Below, in pieces: positions 16,546 to 26,531 of a DNA stretch of 60,345 nt. Below the pieces are notes generated by a model. It saw nothing but the letters and a program-made list of their open reading frames with translations, did no database searches and had not been told where the DNA came from. Both the position numbers and the translations under genes were made by a program. This DNA is from Acidimicrobiia bacterium (lineage in GTDB: Bacteria; Actinomycetota; Acidimicrobiia; Spongiisociales; ZC4RG35). How positions within the stretch are numbered: the first letter of the stretch is position 1; every line of letters begins with the position of its first letter. The stretch lies in the NCBI GenBank assembly GCA_049578105.1, contig JBAULI010000134.1, positions 1 to 60,345 on the forward strand. The letters are read 5' to 3'.

Positions 16546-16572
16546 TCCGTGCCGACGTCAGTCGTCAGACCG

Positions 16573-17823
16573 CTACTCGATCACCCACAGTGTCTCTTGC
16601 CGGCCGTCGAGGAACTCGCATTCGTCGCCGTCGAACCAGACGTCCTCTTCCAGCATCATTTGAACGGGGTGATGGTCCCACTCCGGGACGGACGACTCGG
16701 TCATCAGCTCGATCGACCACATCGTGTCAGGCCTGATCCGTCGATCGCCCGGCCCGGGGACGCCGTCCTGCTGGTCCCACAATCCGATGCTGGGGCCGGC
16801 GCCATGCCCATGAATGCCGATGGGGTGGGTGTAGATGCGTCCGAACAGACCCTCGTAGGTCGCTTGTTGCAACGAGTCGCGGAGCACATCGTTTCCCGAC
16901 CGACCGACCGCAAGATGTGACATCAGGATCTCCTGGAGCCGGTTCGACCCGGATAGGGCCTCGCTCAGCCCGGCGGGGGGCGAGGGCTCACCGTCACCGA
17001 GGACGTAGGCGTGCTGTTGCTGGTCGGTGCACAGACCCTTCCACACGATGCCGAAGTCGATGTGCACGAGGTCACCAGGCATGATGATGGTGGGGCCGGC
17101 CCGGGCGGCGGGGCTCGGCTGGCCGGTGCGACTCCGTCCCTGGACGGTCACGGTCGGGTGAAACCACGTCATCGTGCCCGTTTCCTGGACCCGGTCTCGG
17201 AGCCACCACTCGAGGTCGGTGGTCGTCGTCTCGCCGGGGGTCACGGCTTCGTTCGAGAGCGCCCGTCGAAGCAGGCCATGTGCGATCCGACAGGCCTCCT
17301 CGCCAATCGCCCTTTCCTCCGGGAGACGACACTCCAACCACGAGACGGCCAGGTTCTCCCCGCTGACGAGGCGATCCGACATCTGGGAGCCGAGAGATCC
17401 CACGAGGGCGTCGTGTTCGGATGCGGTCAGACCGTCGGCATGGGCGAAGGAGGCCGATCTGTTCAACGCGATCGTGGCAGGGTCGAACTCCCGGACCGCA
17501 TCGGCCAATGCCGCCAATTGATCCGGCTGGCGTGTCGGATCCCATCGAGACTCGAAGAGATCATCGATTCGGTACCGAGAGATCGAGAACCGGTGTGTCT
17601 CTTCCCCATCACGGGCAAAAACCAGGATGGTTCGTCTTCGTGAGCTCAGCCACGTCGCCGGGAGCATCGACATGACCACCGGGTCGTCGGCGTACTCACG
17701 AGAGACGAGGATCCAGCAGTCCACGTCTGTCTCCTCCATGATCCTCGGGACCAGCAGATCGAGTCGCCGTCGGGTGAGGATGTCCCGGTCCTGAGCGGCC
17801 TGGCGAAGATGCAAATGAGTCAC
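16573..17823 (-). CDS. M24 family metallopeptidase (Xaa-Pro peptidase / creatinase-like)
   Basis: 416 aa. Pita-bread fold metal-ligand blocks PGDLVHIDFGIVWKGLCTDQQ, HPIGIHGHGAGP and WSIELM. GTG start. Confidence 0.75.
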   Translation of the reverse strand: MTHLHLRQAAQDRDILTRRRLDLLVPRIMEETDVDCWILVSREYADDPVVMSMLPATWLSSRRRTILVFARDGEETHRFSISRYRIDDLFESRWDPTRQPDQLAALADAVREFDPATIALNRSASFAHADGLTASEHDALVGSLGSQMSDRLVSGENLAVSWLECRLPEERAIGEEACRIAHGLLRRALSNEAVTPGETTTTDLEWWLRDRVQETGTMTWFHPTVTVQGRSRTGQPSPAARAGPTIIMPGDLVHIDFGIVWKGLCTDQQQHAYVLGDGEPSPPAGLSEALSGSNRLQEILMSHLAVGRSGNDVLRDSLQQATYEGLFGRIYTHPIGIHGHGAGPSIGLWDQQDGVPGPGDRRIRPDTMWSIELMTESSVPEWDHHPVQMMLEEDVWFDGDECEFLDGRQETLWVIE

Positions 17824-17882
17824 GACGGTGATCCTGCCACGTCGGGCCGGGCAACGATCGCCGCGATCGGTACTCTGGGCAC

Positions 17883-18494
17883 ATGCGCTATCCAGAGAAG
17901 TTGCTCAGCCCGGGCGAGAAGGTCATCACCGAGTTCAGACCCCACTGGTCGAGCATTCTTCGAGAAGGAGCGTTGTCGGTGCTGGTCCTCGTCCTGATCG
18001 TGATCATCGCGTTCATGGACTTCTCCTGGCGCGGATGGCTCATCCTGGCGCTGGTCGTCGCATGGTTCGCCCTGATCGTGAAGGGAGTCGTGCGCTGGTG
18101 GAGCACCCTCCACATAGTCACCAATGAGCGTCTCATACACCGCGCCGGTCTCATTGCCAAGAAGGGCAAGGAGATCCCGCTCGAGGTGATCAACGACGTC
18201 ACGTTCAACCAGGCGATGTGGGAACGGGTTCTTGGAACCGGTGACCTCGTCATCGAGTCGGCGGGCGAGCATGGCCAGACCATGTACACCGACATCCCCA
18301 ACCCGGAGGGTGTGCAGTCGTTGATCTATCAGGAGAGGGAGCGGCGAAAGATGGAGCTGGAAGGCGGCGGTGGGCGCGCCCCCGATGAGAGCACGGCCTC
18401 GCAACTCGACACACTCTCCCGTCTTCATGACGAAGGCAAGCTGACGGACCATGAATTCGAAACCCAGAAGGCAAGACTCCTTGGAGGCGAATGA
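17883..18494 (+). CDS. membrane protein with bacterial PH (YdbS/YdbT-like) domain and C-terminal SHOCT domain
   Basis: LLSPGEKVITEFRPHWSSIL, then two TM helices, then IVTNERLIHRAGLIAKKGKEIPLEVINDV (bPH_2 pattern). The C-terminal LDTLSRLHDEGKLTDHEFETQKARLLG is a SHOCT motif. Confidence 0.7.
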   Translation: MRYPEKLLSPGEKVITEFRPHWSSILREGALSVLVLVLIVIIAFMDFSWRGWLILALVVAWFALIVKGVVRWWSTLHIVTNERLIHRAGLIAKKGKEIPLEVINDVTFNQAMWERVLGTGDLVIESAGEHGQTMYTDIPNPEGVQSLIYQERERRKMELEGGGGRAPDESTASQLDTLSRLHDEGKLTDHEFETQKARLLGGE

Positions 18495-20107
18495 TGCACA
18501 TGCAGGATGACTTTCCACTGAATCTCTCGACTCTCTACGACCGTGCCGTCTGGCTGTACCCAGACCGCGAGATCGTGTCGGTCGAGGCCGATAGGTCGCT
18601 GGCCCGCACCACCTATGGCGAGACCGATGACCGGGTTCGCCGGCTGGTGACCGCTCTGGGAGGCCTGGGAATCACGGAGGGTGATGCCGTAGGGACGTTT
18701 GCCTGGAACAACCGGAGGCATCATGAGCTCTATTGGGCGACGGCCAATATGGGCTTCGTCTGCCACACCATCAACATCCGCCTCTTTGCCGACCAGATCA
18801 CCTACATCGTCAATCACGCCGGTGACAAGGTCCTATTCGTCGACCCCGATCTGGTGCCCCTGCTGGCTCCGATCGCACCAACCCTGGAGACCGTGAAGAC
18901 CTACGTGGTGATGGGGGACAGCGCTTCGGACGCACTGCCGGGATCTATCGCATACGAGGACCTGATCGCCGACGCCGATCCCCATGGCGCCTGGCCACAA
19001 CTCGACGAGCGATCGCCGATGATGTTCTGTTACACGTCGGGGACCACCGGCAACCCAAAGGGGGTCGCATACACGCAGCGCTCGACCTACCTGCACACGA
19101 TCTCCAACCTGGCGAATGTCGCGATGACCGCCAGCGACAACGTGTTGCCCGTGGTTCCGATGTTCCACGCCTCGGCCTGGGGATATCCCTTCATGGCCGT
19201 GACCCAGGGGGCGAAGCTGACCTATCCGGGCCCGGATCTGACACCGCAGGGGCTGGTTCCCTTGCTCGAGAGCGAGAAGGTCACCTTCTCGGCCGGTGTG
19301 CCCACCGTCTGGCTGGGCATCAAGATGTACCTCGAGGCGAACCCGGATGTCGATCTGTCATCGATCCGGGCCTTCTTGTGTGGTGGCTCCGCAGTGCCTC
19401 GGTCGCTGATCGAGTGGTTCTGGACCGAACGGGGGATTCGAGTCATCCAGGGTTGGGGGATGACCGAGACCAACCCCGTCGCCTCCACCGCGGTGCTGAA
19501 GCCCGAGATGGAGGAATGGGACCTGCAGCGCCAGCTCGATTTCATGGAGACGGCGGGAGTCCCGGTCGCCGGTCTCCAGGTCAAGATCGTCGACGACATC
19601 GGCGAAGAGCTGCCCAAGGACGGTGAGGCCTTTGGGGAACTGTTGATTCGGGGACCGTGGATCGCCGCGGAGTACTACAAGGACCCTCGTTCCTCCCAGT
19701 CGTTCGAGGATGGGTGGCTCCGCACGGGTGACGTGTGCAAGATCACCCCCGAGGGCTACATCCGGATCACCGACCGGGCCAAGGACGTGATCAAGTCCGG
19801 TGGCGAGTGGATCTCCTCCCTCGACCTCGAGAACACCCTGATGGCTCATCCCGACGTGGCCGAGGCGACCGTGGTGGGCCTCAAGCACGTCAAATGGCAG
19901 GAGCGTCCCGCCGCCTTCGTCGTGCTGCGTGAGGGAGCGGAGGTGTCGGAGGAGGAGCTGCGCTCATTTCTCGAGGAGCGTGTCGCCAAATGGTGGCTGC
20001 CGGACAAGATCGTGTTCATCGATCAGATCCCCAAGACCGGCACCGGCAAGTTCGACAAGAAGGTCGTCCGCGATCAGTACGCCGATCTGCTTCTAGACGA
20101 GTCCTGA
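18491..20107 (+). CDS. long-chain fatty acid--CoA ligase (AMP-dependent synthetase/ligase)
   Basis: 538 aa. AMP-binding signature [12 protein letters not shown], plus GWGMTET and [31 protein letters not shown]. The ATG overlaps the upstream TGA (ATGA). Confidence 0.85.
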   Translation: MMHMQDDFPLNLSTLYDRAVWLYPDREIVSVEADRSLARTTYGETDDRVRRLVTALGGLGITEGDAVGTFAWNNRRHHELYWATANMGFVCHTINIRLFADQITYIVNHAGDKVLFVDPDLVPLLAPIAPTLETVKTYVVMGDSASDALPGSIAYEDLIADADPHGAWPQLDERSPMMFCYTSGTTGNPKGVAYTQRSTYLHTISNLANVAMTASDNVLPVVPMFHASAWGYPFMAVTQGAKLTYPGPDLTPQGLVPLLESEKVTFSAGVPTVWLGIKMYLEANPDVDLSSIRAFLCGGSAVPRSLIEWFWTERGIRVIQGWGMTETNPVASTAVLKPEMEEWDLQRQLDFMETAGVPVAGLQVKIVDDIGEELPKDGEAFGELLIRGPWIAAEYYKDPRSSQSFEDGWLRTGDVCKITPEGYIRITDRAKDVIKSGGEWISSLDLENTLMAHPDVAEATVVGLKHVKWQERPAAFVVLREGAEVSEEELRSFLEERVAKWWLPDKIVFIDQIPKTGTGKFDKKVVRDQYADLLLDES

Positions 20108-20168
20108 CGAGAACGCCCCGCCCGGGAGGTAGCCTCTACCAGAGACCTGGTCGAGGAGGGCGGTTACG

Positions 20169-20921
20169 GTGAAATCGGAGACGAGCCCGGTCGGCATCGA
20201 GTGGCCCGTATCGGTGGCCAGGGCCGTGAGATTCTCTTGCATCGCCGGTTACGGTCTCGCCCTGGCCGGTTTCATCATCCCTCTGGGCGCCTCGGATCTG
20301 TCCGTCGGGCGGTCGTTGTACACCGGGATGGTTGTCGGGATGCTGCTGGCAGTGCCGGCCACCCTCGCTCTGCTCTCCCAACCGAGACGGCCACTGATGC
20401 TCCTCCCCGCCGCCATGATCGGATTCGCCGGGCTGTTCGGGGTCCTCTCCGTTCTCGGGTTGCCACTCATCGTGCTCGCTGCGATCTGGTTTTGGGCAGA
20501 CGTCAAGGTCGTCCCACGTGGGCTGTGGCCCAAGCGACTGGCGATGATCGTGGTCCCCTTGCTCTGGTTGGCGGCCGCTTCCGCTCTCTGGGCCCACATC
20601 GACCCCGCATGCGAGCAGCAATTGTCCGATGGCACCGTGGTCAGCCTCGATCCGGCCACCCGATCGATGGAGAGGGGCTGGGTGTGGCAGGTGAGCGATA
20701 CGGTCTCGGGCTCCGGGTCGAGCTCGCCAGATGTCGTCTCCGAGGTATGCGACTCCAACGTGGTGGTGCCGTGGGAGGCGGCGCTGTCGATACTCCTCGG
20801 CGGAACCGCGGTCCTCTATGCCTATTGGACTGCCGGGCCTTCGCAGACCACCTACGGGGAGGTTGCGATCGGCGAGACGGCGGAGAAGGAAACACCCGAC
20901 GTCCCGGACCGGGGGCGATGA
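20169..20921 (+). CDS. hypothetical membrane protein
   Basis: 250 aa from a GTG. Four to five hydrophobic helices (GYGLALAGFIIPLG, MVVGMLLAVPATLALL, AAMIGFAGLFGVLSVLGLPLIVLAAIWFW, MIVVPLLWLAAASALWA). Alternative-frame ORFs over the same DNA are Arg/Pro-rich shadows. Confidence 0.55.
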   Translation: MKSETSPVGIEWPVSVARAVRFSCIAGYGLALAGFIIPLGASDLSVGRSLYTGMVVGMLLAVPATLALLSQPRRPLMLLPAAMIGFAGLFGVLSVLGLPLIVLAAIWFWADVKVVPRGLWPKRLAMIVVPLLWLAAASALWAHIDPACEQQLSDGTVVSLDPATRSMERGWVWQVSDTVSGSGSSSPDVVSEVCDSNVVVPWEAALSILLGGTAVLYAYWTAGPSQTTYGEVAIGETAEKETPDVPDRGR

Positions 20922-20946
20922 GTCATCGGCAGACTGGGTCTCCCGA

Positions 20947-21207
20947 TCAGACTTCGACCAATTGCCCCGTTGCCAGGTCGAGCACGAATTCCTTGTCGCT
21001 TCTCGAGTCGGAGATGAACTGGGCGAGTCTGGCGCCTTCTTGACGCACGATCCACCAGGCAAAGTCGGCGGCGCCGGATTCCACGAACTCCAGCTTGGCC
21101 TCGCGGGCGGCCTTGACGGCCCCCATCTCGTCCTCGAATTGGCCGAGCACACGTTCGTCCGGCTCTTCACGACCGCGGACCTCGATGAATTCAACCGCCT
21201 CGAACAT
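20947..21207 (-). CDS. hypothetical small acidic protein (86 aa)
   Basis: A strong SD (gaggaggaagg) lies 3-7 nt upstream of the ATG at 21207. Balanced, protein-like composition (MFEAVEFIEVRGREEPDERVLGQFEDEMGAVKAAREAKLEF...). Confidence 0.65.
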   Translation of the reverse strand: MFEAVEFIEVRGREEPDERVLGQFEDEMGAVKAAREAKLEFVESGAADFAWWIVRQEGARLAQFISDSRSDKEFVLDLATGQLVEV

Positions 21208-21244
21208 CTACCTTCCTCCTCGTTCTCATTTTAGGCCATTCGCG

Positions 21245-21637
21245 GTGTCGAAGTGCCAGTTCCCTATCCTCAAACCGGTGAGTCACTTCCATTCCGTCTG
21301 GGGCTACATCGCCGTTGTCATCAGCGGCTTGGTTGGTCTCTGGGGGGTGAGCATGTCGCGTCGACCCCAGCCGTCCCGAGCGTTCTTCTACGGGGTCGGC
21401 ATCGCGATCGCAGCCCTGCTCCTCCAGGTCGTCCTCGGGGTCATCGTCGCCAGCAGTGGGATCGACCCCGGCAATCAGCATGTCTTCTACGGGGTGGTGG
21501 TGGCCGTGACGTTCTCTTTCGCATACATCTATCGCGCCCAGTTCCGGAAGCGCCCGGCGCTCTACTACGGCCTGCTCCTCTTGTTCACCATGGGCCTGGG
21601 GATCAGGGGCATCATGACGTTTGGCGGCAATTTCTAG
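21245..21637 (+). CDS. hypothetical membrane protein (about 130 aa)
   Basis: From the GTG at 21245: VSKCQFPILKPVSHFHSVWGYIAVVISGLVGLWGV..., four TM helices. The track ORF start at 21095 would run through the divergent gene 20947..21207. Confidence 0.5.
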   Translation: MSKCQFPILKPVSHFHSVWGYIAVVISGLVGLWGVSMSRRPQPSRAFFYGVGIAIAALLLQVVLGVIVASSGIDPGNQHVFYGVVVAVTFSFAYIYRAQFRKRPALYYGLLLLFTMGLGIRGIMTFGGNF

Positions 21638-21647
21638 GAGGTCCCCC

Positions 21648-22436
21648 ATGTTGTTGGAGAACAAGAGACTGCTCATCACCGGTGTGCTCACCGACGACTC
21701 GATCGCCTGGCATGCGGCGCGAATAGCCCAGGAGGAGGGAGCCGAGATCATCGCCACCGGGTTCGGACGAGGTCTTCGCCTGACGGAGCGCTCGGTCCAG
21801 AGGCTTCCCCAACCGTGCCCCGTCCTCGAGCTCGATATCAACGACCCCGGTCAAGTCGAGTCATTGGTCGCGGATCTCACCGAGCGCTGGGGCTCGATCG
21901 ATGGGGCTCTGCACGCCATCGCCTTCGCCCCCGAGGACGCCCTGGGTGGCAACTTCCTGAACACACCCGCCGAGTCGGCTCAGACCGCCTTCGTCACCTC
22001 GGCTTTCTCGTACAAGACCCTCGCCGTCGCCCTGCTCCCCCTACTCGAGGCGGCGGGCGGAGGGTCGTTGGTCACACTCGACTTCGACAACAGTCAGGCC
22101 TGGCCCGCCTACGACTGGATGGGTGTCGCCAAATCGGCGCTCCAGAGCGTGACGCGCTATCTGGCTCGAGACCTGGGATCGCGAAGGATCCGGGTCAATG
22201 CGGTCTCGGCCGGGCCACTCTCTACGGTGGCGGCCAAGTCGATCCCCGGGTTCGATGCCTTCCACCGGGTCTGGAACGATCGAGCCCCGCTCGAGTGGGA
22301 CGACACCAACCCCGATCCGGTGGCGCGGATGATCTGCGTCCTCCTCAGCGACTGGGCTCCGATGACCTCGGGTGAGGTGATACATGTCGATGGCGGTTTT
22401 CACGCAATAGCCGCCGGAACCGACGAGGGAGCCTGA
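21648..22436 (+). CDS. fabI: enoyl-[acyl-carrier-protein] reductase, NADH-dependent (FabI / InhA type)
   Basis: AGGAGG lies 6 nt upstream of the ATG at 21648. MLLENKRLLITGVLTDDSIAWHAARIAQEEGAEIIATGF, AYDWMGVAKSALQSVTRYLARDLG (Tyr/Lys catalytic pair) and LLSDWAPMTSGEVIHVDGG are closely InhA-like. Confidence 0.9.
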   Translation: MLLENKRLLITGVLTDDSIAWHAARIAQEEGAEIIATGFGRGLRLTERSVQRLPQPCPVLELDINDPGQVESLVADLTERWGSIDGALHAIAFAPEDALGGNFLNTPAESAQTAFVTSAFSYKTLAVALLPLLEAAGGGSLVTLDFDNSQAWPAYDWMGVAKSALQSVTRYLARDLGSRRIRVNAVSAGPLSTVAAKSIPGFDAFHRVWNDRAPLEWDDTNPDPVARMICVLLSDWAPMTSGEVIHVDGGFHAIAAGTDEGA

Positions 22437-22437
22437 C

Positions 22438-24219
22438 TCAGTCGACGGTTTGCAGCGCCGAGGCAAGCGGGAGCTCGACGAGGAAGGTGGCACCGCCACC
22501 CTCGGTCTGCTCGACGCGCACCGAGCCATGCATCACCTCGGCGAGGCTCTTCACGATCGAGAGGCCGAGACCGGTTCCACCCTTCGATCGGGTATCCGAC
22601 TGGTCGATCTGGGTGAAGCGCTCGAAGACCCGGTCTTTTTCGTTCTCGGGAATCCCCGGCCCGTGGTCCACCACGGCGATGAACGCTTTCTGGCCACGCT
22701 CCCAGGCATACAACTCGACCGGGCTGTCGACTGCGTACTTGGCGGCGTTCTCGACCAGATTGATCAGGATCCTGATCAGATGGTCGCGGTCTGCCTCGAC
22801 AGCCATGTCTGCCGGCTCGATGGTGAAGGTCGGCTCGATCGAGACCACCCGGTTGACTTCGTCGAAGGCCACCTTGATCGGAACCGATTCGAGGTGGACC
22901 GGGATGGCGCCCCGGTCGATCCTGGATACGACGAGGAGGTCGTCGATCAGCCTCTGCAACCGGCCGGCCTGTCGTCTCGCCGTCGACAGGAGTTGCTGGG
23001 CGGTGGGTGTCGTCGGCGCCAGCTCGGGTCGGTTGACGGTGTCGAGAGACCCGATGATGGATGTCAGGGGAGAGCGAAGCTCGTGACTGACCGTCGACAC
23101 GAAGTCGGTCTTCATCTGGGCCACCTCCTCCAGTCTCTTGGTCATCTCGGTCTGTGCCTCGTATCGGCCGATCTGTGAGAGGACCAACCCGGCCGGGGCG
23201 GCGAGAGATCCGAGCTGCTCCAGCTGGTCCTCGTTGAACTCACCCACATACGGGTCTCCGACGATGATCGCTCCGACTCGTAGTGACTCGACCTTGAGCG
23301 GCGCCACGAGGGCCTGTCTGAGGCCCAGCTCCTTCAGGAGCACGTGGGCGTCGGTGTCCCGGTCGACCTCCTTGACGAAGAAGGGCTTGCCCGCCCGATA
23401 GACCTGGGCGACGATGGCCGGGCTGGCCACGTCGAGCATGATCGGGTCGGCTTCGAGCGGATATCCATTGACCCAGATCGGGCTCATGACCTCGAGACGA
23501 TGCCGGTCGGGGTTGTAGAGGAGGACCACTCCCACCTGGGCGTCCAGGTACTTGCAGATGGTCCCCACCAGATGTGGCACGATCTCTGCGAGTGACTCGG
23601 CACGGGCCAGGGTGGCGCTGACCTCGTAGAGTCTCTCGAAGTCGAGTCTCTGCTGGTCGATCTGCCCCTCTCTCTGAGCCGACCTGACCGCCTCCCGTTC
23701 GAACTCCAGACCGACCAACGCCGTGGCCGCCGAGACGACGGCCACGGTGAGGACCTGGGCGAGCACGTCGGCCGGGGCCGTGATCTGGCTCACACGCAGC
23801 GCGATGAACGCGATGGCCGCCCCCACCAGCACCGTCATGAAGGCGTGAGCCCACCAGACGAGCAGCAGACCGGAGACGGCGGCGATCCCATAGAGGATCG
23901 GCGTGGATGTGGCCGTGAGCTCGGGGACGAGCGCAAATGCCGTTAGACCGAATATCAGCGAGCTCAACCATCCGACCGCCACCCACGGGGCAAAGCGCGT
24001 GGCCATGAGACGGTCCCATCGGGTGGCGGTCGAAATGACGAGGAGACCGCCCAGTGCCGCCATGGGCACCCAGAAGGTGGGTTCGCCGAAGACCTCCCTC
24101 CTGACCGCCTGTGCGGAGATGATGATCAGTACTACCCAGGCGACGGCCGAGGCGCGACGAAGAAGCGAGGCGCGAAAACGGGCCATCGCCTGATTCGTGG
24201 TCGGCATCGAGGCTTCCAT
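22438..24219 (-). CDS. sensor histidine kinase with N-terminal multi-TM region and GAF domain
   Basis: 593 aa. About six TM helices, a GAF-like region, the H-box STVSHELRSPLTSIIG, the N-box LINLVENAAKY, and G-boxes DHGPGI / GTGLGLSI. No response-regulator gene is adjacent. Confidence 0.85.
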   Translation of the reverse strand: MEASMPTTNQAMARFRASLLRRASAVAWVVLIIISAQAVRREVFGEPTFWVPMAALGGLLVISTATRWDRLMATRFAPWVAVGWLSSLIFGLTAFALVPELTATSTPILYGIAAVSGLLLVWWAHAFMTVLVGAAIAFIALRVSQITAPADVLAQVLTVAVVSAATALVGLEFEREAVRSAQREGQIDQQRLDFERLYEVSATLARAESLAEIVPHLVGTICKYLDAQVGVVLLYNPDRHRLEVMSPIWVNGYPLEADPIMLDVASPAIVAQVYRAGKPFFVKEVDRDTDAHVLLKELGLRQALVAPLKVESLRVGAIIVGDPYVGEFNEDQLEQLGSLAAPAGLVLSQIGRYEAQTEMTKRLEEVAQMKTDFVSTVSHELRSPLTSIIGSLDTVNRPELAPTTPTAQQLLSTARRQAGRLQRLIDDLLVVSRIDRGAIPVHLESVPIKVAFDEVNRVVSIEPTFTIEPADMAVEADRDHLIRILINLVENAAKYAVDSPVELYAWERGQKAFIAVVDHGPGIPENEKDRVFERFTQIDQSDTRSKGGTGLGLSIVKSLAEVMHGSVRVEQTEGGGATFLVELPLASALQTVD

Positions 24220-24285
24220 AACAGTTGAAACTTGCGTCTCGACTGTATTCTCGGCACTTCTGTCTTACCGATCGAGGATTGATAC

Positions 24286-25032
24286 GTGGCTTTGCGCGCA
24301 TACGCTGACGGCGCACTGTTCGCAGAGAACCTGGGCGACGAGCCCTCGCAGGTCCTGGCGCTGCACGGTTGGGGTCGCCGGGGCAGTGATTTTCGCCAAT
24401 CTCTGAAAGGGATCCCGGCGCTTGCGGTCGATCTTCCCGGCTTTGGCGCCTCACCGCCACCCCCGACGGTCATCGGCGCCGAGGGATATGCGACCGCCAT
24501 GACTCCGTTGCTCGGCCATCTCGCCGATCCGGCGGTCCTTTTGGGCCATTCTTTCGGCGGGAGGGTCGCCGTCGAGTTGGCCGCCGCCCACCCCGGTCGA
24601 TTCTCGAGGTTGATCCTGACCGGTGTGCCGTTGGTGCGGATTCGCCCTCCCGCCCGTCCCTCGGCCGGATTTCGGGCACTGAGGGCGCTTCACAAAACGG
24701 GTGTCATCTCGGATGACAGGATGGAGGAGATCAGGCGGAAGAGGGGCTCGGCGGACTATCGGGCGGCCACCGGGGTGATGCGCGACATCCTGGTGAAGGT
24801 GATCAACGAGAGCTACGAGCCCAGTCTCGAGACGATCAAGTCCCCGATCGAGTTGATTTGGGGCGCCGAAGACGCCGAGGTTCCGATCGGGGTTGCCGAA
24901 CGCGCGCTGGAGATCGTGCGCAACTCTGGCGGGACGGCGACGCTGCAGGTCATCGATGGGGTCGGCCACTTGCTGCCCCTGCAGTCACCCGAGTCACTTC
25001 GAGTCCCCGTGGAGCGGGCCTTGCGCGCATGA
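24286..25032 (+). CDS. alpha/beta hydrolase
   Basis: 248 aa. Nucleophile elbow GHSFGG, an HGWG oxyanion region near the N-terminus, and a C-terminal GHLLPLQSP histidine block. GTG start. Confidence 0.8.
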   Translation: MALRAYADGALFAENLGDEPSQVLALHGWGRRGSDFRQSLKGIPALAVDLPGFGASPPPPTVIGAEGYATAMTPLLGHLADPAVLLGHSFGGRVAVELAAAHPGRFSRLILTGVPLVRIRPPARPSAGFRALRALHKTGVISDDRMEEIRRKRGSADYRAATGVMRDILVKVINESYEPSLETIKSPIELIWGAEDAEVPIGVAERALEIVRNSGGTATLQVIDGVGHLLPLQSPESLRVPVERALRA

Positions 25033-26522
25033 CCTGGGCGCTCGTCTCTCTTTGTGTCCTGGGTGCGATCCCGAGCGGGCTCCGGTGGCTTCGGGTGGCA
25101 CAACGTGAGCATTACCTGGCACCGTCGACCACGAGATTCGCCGTGCGTTGGTGGAGCAGTGGTGCGGCGAACATCGTCCTGTCGACCCTGGCCTCGATCG
25201 GAGTCATCGGCTCGATATGGAGTGCCTGGTGGGGCCTTCTCGTGGTTGGGGCGCAGGTAGGGCCTGTCGGCCTCTCGATCAAAGGGACGACTTCGCCACT
25301 GGCGTGGACCAGACGCCTCGTCAGGCTGGCGGTCACCACGGCGACGCTCGCGACAGTCGTCTTCGTCGCCGCGGGGATCACCGACTCACCGGTCATCGCG
25401 GCAGCCGGGCTGTTCTTGCTGCCCGTGATCGTCGATGTGGCGTTGCTGGCCCTGAAGCCCGTCGAGCGTCGGCTCGGCGGGAGATGGGTGGACCGGGCGG
25501 CAGCCCGACTTCGAGCCTCAGGGGCGACGGTGGTCGGGATCACCGGCTCCTATGGGAAGACCAGCACCAAGCAGTATCTGGCTCATCTCATCGAAAGCTC
25601 GAGACGGGTGGTGGCCAGTCCCGCCTCCTACAACAACCGCATGGGCCTCGCTCGCGCCGTCAACGAGCAGCTGGTCCCCGGCACGGAGGTATTCGTAGCC
25701 GAGATGGGGACCTACGGTCGGGGAGAGATATCCGATCTGGTCAGCTGGCTCCATCCCGCCGTCTCCGCACTGGTCGCCATCGGGCCGGTCCATCTGGAGC
25801 GGTTCAAGACCGAGGAGAACATCGTCCACGCCAAAGCCGAGATTCTGGAGGGCGCCCGGGCAGCCGTTATCTCGATCGATCACCCTTTGCTGGCCGCCCT
25901 CGCCCGTAGTCGTTCCCGAGATCTCGATGTCCTCACCGTCTCGACCGAATCCGACGAGGCCGACGTGGTTGTCCGCCACGGATCATTGGTCATCGCCGGC
26001 GAGCCAGTTGCCCGGGTCCCGGACGACGTCTTTCCGCTCAACCTGGGTGTCGCCGTGGCCCTCGGGATGCAGCTTGGTGTAGAGCCGGCCGCGATGCTGG
26101 CCCGTATCGGCGATCTGCCACGAGCGGAACATCGGCAGAACGTGATCATCTCCGAGCGTGGCTTCTCGATAATCGACGACACCTTCAACTCGAACCCTGC
26201 AGGGGCGAGATCGGGCCTGGCCGGCCTGGCCAGGCTGGCCGAGAGCGGCCGAAAGGTGGTGGTCACACCGGGGATGGTCGAGCTCGGGCCGATGCAGGTC
26301 AGGGAGAATCGCGAATTTGCGTCATTGGCAGCCGACGTGGCGGATGACATCCTCGTCGTCGGTCGCACCAACCGGGCGGCCCTGCTCGAAGGCGCGAGTA
26401 GCGGGAAGGCTTCGGTTACCGTCGTGGGCTCGCGTCGAGATGCGGTGGATTGGGTGCGTCAGAACCTCGGCACCGGTGACGCCGTCCTCTACGAGAACGA
26501 TTTGCCAGACCATTATCCGTGA
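25029..26522 (+). CDS. Mur ligase family protein, MurF-like, with N-terminal transmembrane region
   Basis: The ATG at 25029 overlaps the hydrolase TGA (ATGA). The first ~165 aa form four or five hydrophobic helices. The Mur ligase ATP site VVGITGSYGKTSTKQ follows, then EMGTYGRGEI, then the C-terminal domain DDTFNSNPAGARSGL...VTPGMVELG. The track start at 24858 lies inside the hydrolase gene. Confidence 0.7.
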   Translation: MTWALVSLCVLGAIPSGLRWLRVAQREHYLAPSTTRFAVRWWSSGAANIVLSTLASIGVIGSIWSAWWGLLVVGAQVGPVGLSIKGTTSPLAWTRRLVRLAVTTATLATVVFVAAGITDSPVIAAAGLFLLPVIVDVALLALKPVERRLGGRWVDRAAARLRASGATVVGITGSYGKTSTKQYLAHLIESSRRVVASPASYNNRMGLARAVNEQLVPGTEVFVAEMGTYGRGEISDLVSWLHPAVSALVAIGPVHLERFKTEENIVHAKAEILEGARAAVISIDHPLLAALARSRSRDLDVLTVSTESDEADVVVRHGSLVIAGEPVARVPDDVFPLNLGVAVALGMQLGVEPAAMLARIGDLPRAEHRQNVIISERGFSIIDDTFNSNPAGARSGLAGLARLAESGRKVVVTPGMVELGPMQVRENREFASLAADVADDILVVGRTNRAALLEGASSGKASVTVVGSRRDAVDWVRQNLGTGDAVLYENDLPDHYP

Positions 26523-26531
26523 GGTGATTCA

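Noticed and set aside
24858-25028. The upstream extension of the MurF-like ORF (track start 24858). The same applies to track starts 1633, 5747, 21095, 21621, 27930, 28982, 32113, 35883, 36683, 48706 and 57117.
   Set aside because: Each extension runs through the preceding gene in another frame and gives non-protein-like sequence. Internal starts with stop/start overlaps, SD sequences or canonical family N-termini were chosen instead.
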